A DNA stretch of 64,000 nt. Source: Thermoplasmata archaeon (lineage in GTDB: Archaea; Thermoplasmatota; Thermoplasmata; Lutacidiplasmatales; UBA184). The notes below the pieces were generated by a model. It ran no database searches, was not told the origin of the DNA, and saw only the letters and a list, made by a program, of their open reading frames with translations. The position numbers and the translations under genes were made by a program. This document shows, in pieces, positions 55,759-64,000 of the stretch. The stretch covers positions 1 to 64,000 of the forward strand of contig JAGWLG010000007.1 of assembly GCA_028864975.1 (NCBI GenBank), in the 5' to 3' direction. Position 1 is the stretch's first letter, and the number at the start of each line of letters is the position of its first letter.

Positions 55759-57057
55759 TCAGTTGGCGGTCGGACCCTTCTTTGCGCTCCCCTCAGGGTC
55801 GCGACGAGCGGAGGGGGGCGCCGTGGGTTCCTCCATCCCGTCGACATACGCGAGCTCGCCGTGGATGGACTCGTCCAGGCCCATCTCCTCCACGGAGCTC
55901 GAGACCCTCACCGGGGTGATCTTGTCGATGATCCAGAGCATGGCGTAGGTGAAACCGACCGCCCAGACGATGCCGATGGCGGTCGCGGCCACTTGAGCCG
56001 CGAAGAAGTGGGTATCCCCCAGGAGCAGGCCGTTCGGGCCGACCCCGGGGTGATTGAAGGCCGCGTTCGCGAAGACCCCCAGGGCGATGGCCCCGACGGC
56101 GCCGCCGATACCGTGGACCCCCCACACGTCGAGGGCGTCATCCCACCCCCGACGGTTCTTGAGCCATATGGCACCGTAGCAGACGGTGCCCGCCAGGACG
56201 CCCACGACCATCGACGCGCCAGGACTGATGTACCCGGCGCAGGGCGTGATCATGGCGAGGCCCGCCACGGCCCCGGTGAGCAACCCCAGGAATTTCGGTT
56301 TCTTCTCGAAGATCCAGGCCATCGCGAGCCAGACCGTCGCGGCCACCGAGGCGGCAAGGTCGGTGTTGATGAACGCCGTCACCGTGACCGTGTCCACCGT
56401 GAGCTCGCTGCCCGCGTTGAAACCGTACCACCCGAACCAGAGGAGACCTGTCCCCAGGGCGACCAGGGGGACGTTGTGGGGCGCACTGTCCTTGATCCTT
56501 CGAGCTCCCACGAAGAAGACCGCGGCCAGCGCGGCGAAACCCGCGAGGGTATGGACGACGATGCCTCCCGCGAAGTCGCGGACCCCCCAGGTCGCGAGCA
56601 GGCCGCCTCCCCAGATCATGTGGACGAAGGGGATGTAAACGAAGAGAGACCAGGCGACCAGGAAGATGATGTAGGCCTTGAACGAGACTCGGTTGGTGAA
56701 GGCCCCTGAGATGAGGGCGGGGGTGATGATCGCGAACATCATCTGGTAGACGAAGAACGCGTAGAGCGGGATGCTGGGGTCCCCCGCGAACGGGGTGCCG
56801 GGCCCCATGTTCTGCATGAAGGCGTAGTGGAAGTCCCCGTAGACCCCACCCGCCCCGCCGCTGAAGCTCAGCGAGAAGCCCACCGTGAACCACAGGATGT
56901 CCACGATGGCCATCGAGACGAAGCTCTGGATCATGATGGTCAGGACGTTCTTGCGCCCGACCAACCCGCCGTAGAAGAACGCCAGGCCCGGCGTCATCAG
57001 CATCACGAGGCTCGTGGCGATGAGCATGAAGGCGGTGTCGCCGGTGTCGAACGTCAT
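55759..57057 (-). CDS. amtB: Ammonium transporter
   Basis: MTPGLAFFYGG, DFAGGIVVH, WFGWYGFNAGS and DDALDVWGVHG. Confidence 0.97.
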   Translation of the reverse strand: MTFDTGDTAFMLIATSLVMLMTPGLAFFYGGLVGRKNVLTIMIQSFVSMAIVDILWFTVGFSLSFSGGAGGVYGDFHYAFMQNMGPGTPFAGDPSIPLYAFFVYQMMFAIITPALISGAFTNRVSFKAYIIFLVAWSLFVYIPFVHMIWGGGLLATWGVRDFAGGIVVHTLAGFAALAAVFFVGARRIKDSAPHNVPLVALGTGLLWFGWYGFNAGSELTVDTVTVTAFINTDLAASVAATVWLAMAWIFEKKPKFLGLLTGAVAGLAMITPCAGYISPGASMVVGVLAGTVCYGAIWLKNRRGWDDALDVWGVHGIGGAVGAIALGVFANAAFNHPGVGPNGLLLGDTHFFAAQVAATAIGIVWAVGFTYAMLWIIDKITPVRVSSSVEEMGLDESIHGELAYVDGMEEPTAPPSARRDPEGSAKKGPTAN

Positions 57058-57216
57058 GGCCGGTCCTTCGTAGGCTCCCGGGTCGTCCGCCTATGTAATG
57101 CCTGCTGTCGACCGGAACGGGGCCGGACCCTCAGAATTGACCTCGGACGAGCCCCCGTTTCACGACCTCTCCTGCCCTCTTGTAGGGAGGTTTCCTGCTC
57201 TGGGTCAGAAGGGACC

Positions 57217-57672
57217 ATGATCGCGTTGGCGGATGTGGCGGTGTGCGTGAAGGATGCGAGGAAGAGCGCCAAGTGGTGGGTCGAGAAGGTCGGCTTCTCA
57301 ACACACACGCTCGAGGGCCCCGAAGGGCACGCCGTCATGGTCGCTCCTCCCGGGGACCGGTTCGTCGTGCACTTGTGCGAAGGCTTCGACAAGGTCGAGC
57401 CGGGGAACAGCGGGATCGCCTTCGTGACCGACGACCTTGAGGGAACGGTCGATCGGATGACGCGGGCGGGGGTCGAGTTCGTCGAGCCGCTGAAGAAGGT
57501 GGACTGGGGCGGGATGGCGAAGTTCGCCGACCCCGACGGGAACGTCTTCTGGCTCCTGGGAGCTCCGCGGGCCTTCATCGAGCAGGCCACGGCCACTCCC
57601 CCCGTCGTGCCTTCACCACCTCAGGCCGCGACTGCGAAGGGACGAGGTAAGGCTCCCCGTTCCGCATCCTGA
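57217..57672 (+). CDS. VOC/glyoxalase-family protein
   Basis: VCVKDARKSAKWW..GF and FADPDGN. Confidence 0.85.
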   Translation: MIALADVAVCVKDARKSAKWWVEKVGFSTHTLEGPEGHAVMVAPPGDRFVVHLCEGFDKVEPGNSGIAFVTDDLEGTVDRMTRAGVEFVEPLKKVDWGGMAKFADPDGNVFWLLGAPRAFIEQATATPPVVPSPPQAATAKGRGKAPRSAS

Positions 57673-57954
57673 GCTCGAGGGCCCTCAGGAGCCGACCGAC
57701 ACGCTCCGAAGGTGTCAGGCTGGAGAACGGCTCCACCGCCCCTGGAAGCTCCGAAGGGTCTCCGGCCCCAGGGAAGGATTCGCGGCCTACCGTCCGCGCA
57801 TGGAGTCGAGCCGCTGACGGAAGGATCTCACCTGTCGAGCTGACGCCGGTCGGAAAGGAGCTGGTCTCCCCCACTTGGACAATCGCGCAGGGAGATCCTT
57901 GGGCGCACCGGCTCGCGAAATCGCTGAAATAGTTGGAGGGGGCTCTCATTCAGC

Positions 57955-58281
57955 ATGGCGTATCCCCCCAACGTCCCCGTCGCCGTTCCGTCCGGGCCGG
58001 TCCAGTACAAGCGACAGTACTCCCTAGCCCTCTTGGTCATCCTGCTCCTTTTCTGTTGGCCGGCCGCCATCATCTACTACTTCACACGGGAGAAGGTCGC
58101 CGTCCAGGAGTTCGCGCCGGGTCAGGTCGTGATGGTCGCCACGCCGGCGGCGACGGGCTACGCAGCTCCGGCCCCAGGCGTCGCCGGCGCTCCCCCCAGC
58201 TGTTCCCGGTGTGGTCGGCCGACCACTTTCATGCCCCAGTACAGCCGCTACTACTGCTACAGCTGTTCGCAGTACGTCTAG
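57955..58281 (+). CDS. TM protein with C-terminal zinc ribbon
   Basis: One hydrophobic hairpin; CSRC...CYSC. Confidence 0.75.
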   Translation: MAYPPNVPVAVPSGPVQYKRQYSLALLVILLLFCWPAAIIYYFTREKVAVQEFAPGQVVMVATPAATGYAAPAPGVAGAPPSCSRCGRPTTFMPQYSRYYCYSCSQYV

Positions 58282-58349
58282 CGCTGTCCCCAGACCGCTG
58301 GGGCGGACGCTCTCGAACTCCCCGGGGCGTCCACTTGGGTGCGGGCCGG

Positions 58350-59984
58350 TTACGAGGATTCCCGGTCTCCGCCGTGGGTCGGCTCCGCGGCCTCCGCAGC
58401 TTGGCCCCCGTGGGGGGCCGCACCGGTCCCCCCGCCACCATGACGCTTCACATGCTCTCGCAATCCGTGCCCCGCCTCCCTCAGGTTCTTCCGCATCTGA
58501 AGACGTTGTTGCTCGAGCTCTTCGACCTGCGCTTCGTGCTGTTGCAGCGCCTCGGCGTGCTGCACCAACTCGGCCTCGCGCTCCGAGAGCTTGCGGCTCC
58601 TCACGTCAAGCTCATGGGACCTCTTGGCACTGGCCTCCTCTCGGGCCCCTACCTCCTTCTCCCGGGTCTGGAGCGAAGCAGCACGACTCAAGTTCAGTCG
58701 CGTTCTTTGTCCTAGCTCGGCGTCCTGCGCGTTCAGGCGGGCCTGTCTCTCCTCCGCATCTCCGAGCCGCTTCCGGCTCTCCGCGGCAAGCTCGTTCGCC
58801 TCCGCCAGCCTTCGCTGGAGCTCCTCCTCCTGAGTGCTCTTGACCTTCTCCCATTGCTCCTCTTGGGACAACAGCTGCCCCTCTCTCACATTGAGCGAGT
58901 CCTCGTGAGACCTCAGTTGGCCATCTCGCGTCGAGAGCGCCTTCGCTCGCTCGCGCGCGGCAACCTCGCGCTTGTCGAGGTCCTCCTGGGCCGCCTTGAG
59001 CCGAGTTTCGCGCCGTACTAGGTCCTGGGATTGGTGTTTGATCTCCAGTTCCCGTTTCTTGAGCTCGATCTCCTCGAAGGAACCGGCCTTGGGTGCCCCT
59101 GCCGCCTCCGCTCCCCCCGCCGGCGGTCGCCCTGCTGCCTCTTCCTTCTCGGCAAAGGCCTTCTCCCGTGTTGCGAGGCTCTGTTCACGTTCCGTGAGGG
59201 TCTTCTCCGACCGCGTGAGCTCCTCCAACCGGCGCTGCAGCTCCTCCTGCCGCGCCTCGAGGTCACGCTTGACCCCCTCCACCTCTACGATACGGGAGTC
59301 GAGAGTCTGCTCTTTCTGAGAGAACGCGGCTTCCCGCGCCTTGATCGCGTCCTCCCGGGTGGATAGCGCGGACTCGCGGTCCGAACGTCCCTTCTTGCGG
59401 TCCGAGCCTGCGGCTTGAGCTGGCTCAGGGCCCTCGGAGGGAGCTGGGCCCGCTGCGGGAGGGGTCGCCTCGATCGTCCCCACGCCTCCCCGGGGCGGTT
59501 GTGGAGGGGGCTGAGGCCGTGTTGCCGCCCCCGTCGGAGTGGGAGGCGCGGGGGAGGAAGGAGCAGGGGCAGGAACAGGGGCGGCCGAGACGGTAGGGGG
59601 CTGGGAGGGTGGAGGAGGAGGCTGTGACGGGGAGGGTGACGTGGAGTTGGCCCTGGGCGACGGTGGTGGAGGTGGAGGGGGCAAGAAGAGGACCCCGGAG
59701 GTTCCTAGCCGCACCTGCTCCAGTCCCTCCGGGGTGATCCTGGCCTGGAACCCGTCCCCGGCCCTCGCTTCCATCCTGATCAAGCGGTACCCCTGCAGGG
59801 TTTGCAGGGCTCCTTCGATGTCCAGGTCGCGCGCTCCCCGCAAGGACTTCCGGGCATCGCGAAGATACTGGTCCCGTGGGACGGCCAACTGGCCCCCACC
59901 GGAGGCTTCGGCGGTGAACCGCAGGACCATGTACAGAAAGTCCTGCGGAGCGGCGGGGGCAGATTGGACGGATGCCGTCGCCAT
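58350..59984 (-). CDS. wHTH-like N-domain plus Pro-rich linker plus long RE-rich coiled coil
   Basis: LQTLQGYRLI...ARITPEG N-domain; poly-Pro; heptad REx repeats. Confidence 0.7.
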   Translation of the reverse strand: MATASVQSAPAAPQDFLYMVLRFTAEASGGGQLAVPRDQYLRDARKSLRGARDLDIEGALQTLQGYRLIRMEARAGDGFQARITPEGLEQVRLGTSGVLFLPPPPPPPSPRANSTSPSPSQPPPPPSQPPTVSAAPVPAPAPSSPAPPTPTGAATRPQPPPQPPRGGVGTIEATPPAAGPAPSEGPEPAQAAGSDRKKGRSDRESALSTREDAIKAREAAFSQKEQTLDSRIVEVEGVKRDLEARQEELQRRLEELTRSEKTLTEREQSLATREKAFAEKEEAAGRPPAGGAEAAGAPKAGSFEEIELKKRELEIKHQSQDLVRRETRLKAAQEDLDKREVAARERAKALSTRDGQLRSHEDSLNVREGQLLSQEEQWEKVKSTQEEELQRRLAEANELAAESRKRLGDAEERQARLNAQDAELGQRTRLNLSRAASLQTREKEVGAREEASAKRSHELDVRSRKLSEREAELVQHAEALQQHEAQVEELEQQRLQMRKNLREAGHGLREHVKRHGGGGTGAAPHGGQAAEAAEPTHGGDRESS

Positions 59985-60338
59985 GGAGGTGGCGAGCCTG
60001 GCATACCGAATCGAACACTTAGTTGTTGGGAGACGGCAAACAGGCCCGTGGAAGGAGGGTCCCTCCCTAACAGGCGAGGGGGGGCTCTTCTCGGCACCCA
60101 GGGACGACGAGGCGGGATTCCCCGTCCTCCTTCCGCGGGCGGTGGCTCGAAGTTCACGCCCCGAACAGCGCGGAGCGTCACGACCCGTGCGGCTTCCTGG
60201 TGGTCGCAGATGGGGACGCTCTGGTCCGGTGCGGCCCAGTTACGAGATCGGTCGAGCTCAAATACGACGAACGGTGTCCGTTTGTCCGACATGGGTCGGA
60301 CAGTGCTAACCCCGCGAGGGCCCGTAGTCGCGTCCCAG

Positions 60339-60629
60339 ATGGGTCGCCTCCCTCCCTTGGGCCAGCTGTCCAACGAAGTACGCTCGACTCGAGGCCCGGC
60401 GCTCTCGTCACCCTTCTCGTCCGGTAGACCGATGGTCTGCCGTTGGTGTGGCGAGAAGGCCTCCGTCAACCGCATCCTGAGGATCACATTCTGCGCGACC
60501 CATGGATTCGAGGGCCCCCTCGACCCGGGCGATGTCCCGGTCTTCCGGGCGGGGCGCGCGCTGGGCGCGGGGGTCTACCCCGTCTCTGCAGGTCTCGCAA
60601 CGGGCTCGTGGGCGGTTCCGGCAGGGTAG
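60339..60629 (+). CDS. Small Zn-finger protein (paralog of 48535-48792)
   Basis: GRPMVCRWCG...ITFCATHG...GSWAVPAG. Confidence 0.7.
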   Translation: MGRLPPLGQLSNEVRSTRGPALSSPFSSGRPMVCRWCGEKASVNRILRITFCATHGFEGPLDPGDVPVFRAGRALGAGVYPVSAGLATGSWAVPAG

Positions 60630-60692
60630 CGCTGGCGAAATGTTCCCGTGCGATGGGTCGCGCCTGAACGCTCGTGGAGAGGGGCGGCAGCT

Positions 60693-61151
60693 CTACGCGG
60701 GGCAGGCAGGAGGCGAAGATCCTGTTCTTGCGGTTAGAGCCGGCCACTGGCTGGCATCGATGCAGAAGAACGCGGTCGCGTGGTGACCGGTGGAGTCGCG
60801 AGTGATGAGGGAACCGGGGTAGTACCCGGCGGCCGAGTAGACGTGGACCACGTTCGTCAGGGCGGAGCTGGAGCCGTCACCGAAGGACCAGGAGAAAGAG
60901 TAGGGCGGCGTACAGCCCGACGCGCTCGCCCAGAAGACCACGGACCCGTTGAGGTAGTCTGTCGCGTTCGGGCTCTCGTTCCAATCTCCTGGCAGCGGGA
61001 TCTCCATGCCCCAGGGTGTGTTGAACGGGCAGTAGCTCGAGTGACCCAGGAACGCGACCAGGCCCGCCCCCGCGGCCGTCCCGGCTATCGCACCGACCAA
61101 GACGGCAACGAACGGGGTGACCCCCCGCTGGCCGTGGATGCGAGGCGGCAT
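60693..61151 (-). CDS. PKD-domain protein with class III (prepilin-like) signal peptide
   Basis: QRG-VTPFVAVLVG leader; YSFSWSFGDG...HVY...Y. Confidence 0.7.
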   Translation of the reverse strand: MPPRIHGQRGVTPFVAVLVGAIAGTAAGAGLVAFLGHSSYCPFNTPWGMEIPLPGDWNESPNATDYLNGSVVFWASASGCTPPYSFSWSFGDGSSSALTNVVHVYSAAGYYPGSLITRDSTGHHATAFFCIDASQWPALTARTGSSPPACPA

Positions 61152-61321
61152 GCGACACCCCCAAGAAACAAGGCTCGCATGCCTGCTTGAGCCTTCGGTC
61201 GAACCGGATTCATATCGACGCACGACGGGGCCAGGATGCCCTGCTGTACAGGAGTCCCCTTCCTCTCAGGGAAGGAGACGAGGAACATGGGAACTAACCG
61301 GGGGGAAGCATTCCGATGCCG

Positions 61322-61903
61322 CTAGACCCCGTCCCTCTTGGCGAGCATCCTCCGGAAGAGCTCCGCCTGCTCGATCGCGTCATCGAGCGCGTTGTGCGTG
61401 TGCTTGCGACCTGATCGAAGGTGGCTCGGAAGGTTCCCCTTCCGAGTGCCGCGCCAGTCCGTGCCTCCTGCTCCCATCCAGAACGACTTCATGTCAAGGG
61501 AGTTCGGGCCGAAGAGGTTCGCGCCCTCCTCCTCCGTCAGGAACTTGACCATGTACCAGCGAACAAACATCCAGTCGAAGGTCCCGAAGGAGGCGAAGAC
61601 GGGACGTGCGGGCAGGACCTCGCGGACCCACCTTCCGAAACGACGCATCGCCTCGGCCGGCTCGACGCCCTCGGCCTCGAGCTTCGAAAGGTCGAGGCCG
61701 TTCACTCGCATCGCATCGGGGTCCGCCTTGGAACCTGGCAGCGGTTGGAGCTCGACGTAGAAGGTCTTCGAGACCTCGCTCAGCCAACAGGCCCCGAGGG
61801 ACACCATGGAGTACTCCCCGGGGATGGGGCCCGACGCCTCGATGTCGACCGAGATCACCTCCTCTCGATAGCGTTGAGTCGGATCCTTAGGGGTCGCCTG
61901 CAT
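61322..61903 (-). CDS. DEDDh 3'-5' exonuclease
   Basis: VDIEASG, FDW, LDMK and HNALDDA. Confidence 0.9.
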   Translation of the reverse strand: MQATPKDPTQRYREEVISVDIEASGPIPGEYSMVSLGACWLSEVSKTFYVELQPLPGSKADPDAMRVNGLDLSKLEAEGVEPAEAMRRFGRWVREVLPARPVFASFGTFDWMFVRWYMVKFLTEEEGANLFGPNSLDMKSFWMGAGGTDWRGTRKGNLPSHLRSGRKHTHNALDDAIEQAELFRRMLAKRDGV

Positions 61904-62224
61904 GCTCCTCCATTCACCCGCCGCTCGATGAATCCATCGAGGGGCAGCGGGGTGAAGGGGCTTGGACCGCAACCCCTCGGACTCGGTCCGCTCGGCATGT
62001 GATCCGCGGGGAGGGACGAGCGCCGCGGTCAGACACGGAGCGCGACCGAGCGGTGCTCCGGGGCGGTAGAGCGTACCCCAGCCGGTCGCCGGCATTCACG
62101 TGTGGGGCGGACCAACAATGCCCTCTGCGCAGGCTCATTTCATGGATCGCATCGTCTCGCACAGCCCGTCAGACGGAGGAGGCAGCCCATCTCAAGCAGC
62201 GGAAGGTCCGACGCTTGTACGCCG

Positions 62225-62545
62225 TCAAGTTGAGGGAGAGTGTCCAAAGAGCCACGACGCGGCGCCGACGGGCAACGAAGGGATCGCGGGGTTGGACATC
62301 GCGCTGACGACGAGGAGGTACAGGACGACGGCTAGGATGATCGGTACGACAAAGAGGACGTTGAGGATGATCGCGATGACCTTCATGTCGTGGTCATCTC
62401 GGCTTTGGGCCACGGGCATGTAAGTCGGGACAAGAACGTAGGGAGGGGGCCCCGGGGGGGGAGGGTAGCCTAGGGGGGGCCCGGAGGGAAGCGGTGACCC
62501 CGGAGATGGGGGTGGGGGCGGCGGCTGGCTAAAGTTCGAGGCCAT
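62225..62545 (-). CDS. Pro-rich N-terminus plus TM protein
   Basis: Poly-Pro/PY motifs followed by a long hydrophobic segment. Confidence 0.65.
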   Translation of the reverse strand: MASNFSQPPPPPPSPGSPLPSGPPLGYPPPPGPPPYVLVPTYMPVAQSRDDHDMKVIAIILNVLFVVPIILAVVLYLLVVSAMSNPAIPSLPVGAASWLFGHSPST

Positions 62546-62908
62546 GCTCGTCGAAGTACCCCTCTGCCGGTATGTAGAGCTGCTTCCCCGTCTATCACCA
62601 GTTAGTCGCGATGATCGCGAGCACATCGACCGAGTCCACGGATCAGGAGGCCGAGGCACGAACGCACTCTGTCCCGAACGGATTACCCCAGGGGAAGAAC
62701 GTCGTGATCGTGGAGGGGCGTGGAGTCGCTGCGAGTGTTCCGACGACCGCGGAGGCCCTCAGGGCACCTCGCGGAGAGCGCGCGCGAGCAGCGGCCTCCC
62801 TCGTTTCCATCCTCACGGTTACGCCTCTCCCGCCGAGTCGGACGGAGGGGGCAACAGAAGCGCAGTCACGGCCGCGACACTGCTCGTCAGGAGGCCCTCG
62901 TCGTCGGG

Positions 62909-63472
62909 CTAGATCAGAGGTGCGCTCCACGTGCCATGGACCTGGACGGTGTCGGCTTGCGAGTCGGCCGCGCAGACCTCCGGAGAGAGCGACCCGGTCT
63001 GGAAGGAGCCCGACCCGCCCGTGCCGCGGGCTTCGTAGAGCACCCGACCCCCCAGGTCCTCCACGAGGAACGTGGCGTCCGTGCCCCCCTCAGTGGACCA
63101 CGTGAGGTGGTAGGTGGCCCCGGTCCGAAGGACCCCGTTCGTCCCTCCCGGATCGCAGACGCCGCTCCCAGGCGGCCCGTAGTACGGGACGTTGAGGGTG
63201 AAGGAGAAAGCCCGCGTGGTGGGTACCGTCACGCTCACGATCAGTATCGCGGCGAGCACCGCCAAGGCCAGCAGCATTATGATCCTCCCTCTCCCGAGAA
63301 AGTACGCGCTAGAACGGGCGACGCGCTCGCGACCTGGGGTGAGCCGCAGAGGAGTGGTGAGCGTGGATGAGCCGCCCGTGAGCGGAGGCTGGAGCGGCGC
63401 GCCACATGAACGGCAGATCCCCTCGTCACGGAAGTGGAGGAGCCCGCACCGGGCGCACTCTCGTGCGGTCAA
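62909..63472 (-). CDS. Zn-ribbon plus TM plus small extracellular beta domain
   Basis: CARC...CRSC, TM helix, Cys pair. Confidence 0.7.
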   Translation of the reverse strand: MTARECARCGLLHFRDEGICRSCGAPLQPPLTGGSSTLTTPLRLTPGRERVARSSAYFLGRGRIIMLLALAVLAAILIVSVTVPTTRAFSFTLNVPYYGPPGSGVCDPGGTNGVLRTGATYHLTWSTEGGTDATFLVEDLGGRVLYEARGTGGSGSFQTGSLSPEVCAADSQADTVQVHGTWSAPLI

Positions 63473-63667
63473 TGATACCGGCTAGGATGTGAGCTCCCCA
63501 TAGGTCTGCCGATTCGAGCAGCTCCCGGAGATGCGGGGCTGGAGTCGATCGGCGCGCTCGGGAAGATCCCGGTCATCCGTGCCATCACCCTCGAAGGTCA
63601 TTCATCGCCCCGTGCAGCAGGGGAGCTCTTTGTCGGAGAAGGGTCCCCCGCGCCGGCAGTCCCGGAG

Positions 63668-63740
63668 TGCTCCTGGCGGGATTTGAACCCGCGTCAAAGG
63701 CTCGAGAGGCCTCTATCCTTGACCACTAGACTACAGGAGC
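63668..63740 (-). tRNA. tRNA-Glu(CTC), no intron, CCA not encoded
   Basis: GCTCCTG acceptor stem, anticodon arm GAGGC-CTCTCGA-GCCTT and T-arm GGGTTCAAATCCC. Confidence 0.95.
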
Positions 63741-64000
63741 AGCGACGGACGGCCTACGTCCGACCCCTTTTGGCCCTTTCTGCTTCGACCCGACGGCCGG
63801 AGCGGGAGTGCGCGGCCGGTCGCTTCCCCGCCCGCAGAACCCTCCGGATGCTCCGGAATACGCATCTCAGTTCCCGAGAGGGAATCCGGTGTCACATCAT
63901 GTCACGGAGTCAAGAAATACTACGTATCCAGTCCGAAGCCGTATGATGGCGCCGGTCAAGGCCCGCACGGGCCACATTGTCATCGATGGGAAGAAGGATT

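Noticed and set aside
55759-57057. amtB without an adjacent glnK
   Set aside because: Unlinked amt genes are common, and glnK may lie elsewhere in the genome.
18-63946. Numerous long overlapping Arg/Pro/Gly-rich ORFs in the six-frame track (e.g. 18-1286, 23232-24875, 42148-43863)
   Set aside because: These are antisense or off-frame shadows of real genes, expected at high GC content, with no recognisable motifs.
63943-64000. ORF start MMAPVKARTGHIVIDGKKD at the window edge
   Set aside because: Truncated by the window; too short to assign.

Overview
GC-rich archaeal chromosome segment. It carries archaeal informational genes (rpl1/rplP0/rpl12, rpl44e, rps27e, aIF2-alpha, Nop10, Trm56, fibrillarin/Nop5, aIF5A). 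The abundance of PKD and zinc-ribbon membrane proteins suggests Thermoplasmata, which is an inference. The window has two halves. About 1-26.2 kb is accessory. It starts with an IS1634 transposase that appears to have cut a PKD surface-protein gene. From 2.3 to 10.8 kb, an ATPase-degenerate Cdc6/Orc1 homolog is followed by four progressively decayed same-strand copies of its own 3' winged-helix segment, interleaved with unrelated cargo genes. A defence island follows: a RelE toxin with a Panacea-like antitoxin, a type II RM pair, a Cas4-like nuclease split into two membrane-anchored halves, a GIY-YIG-RAMA nuclease, a SIR2 protein, HsdM/HsdS, an in-frame chimera of a HerA/TraG-like ATPase with half of HsdR, and helicase/HsdR remnants. 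The island ends at a duplicated copy of the drg promoter and 5' end. About 26.2-64 kb is mostly core genome plus lineage-specific surface, coiled-coil and Zn-finger proteins, and a tRNA-Glu(CTC). No CRISPR array or rRNA was seen. All calls come from motif recognition by eye; no database search was run.
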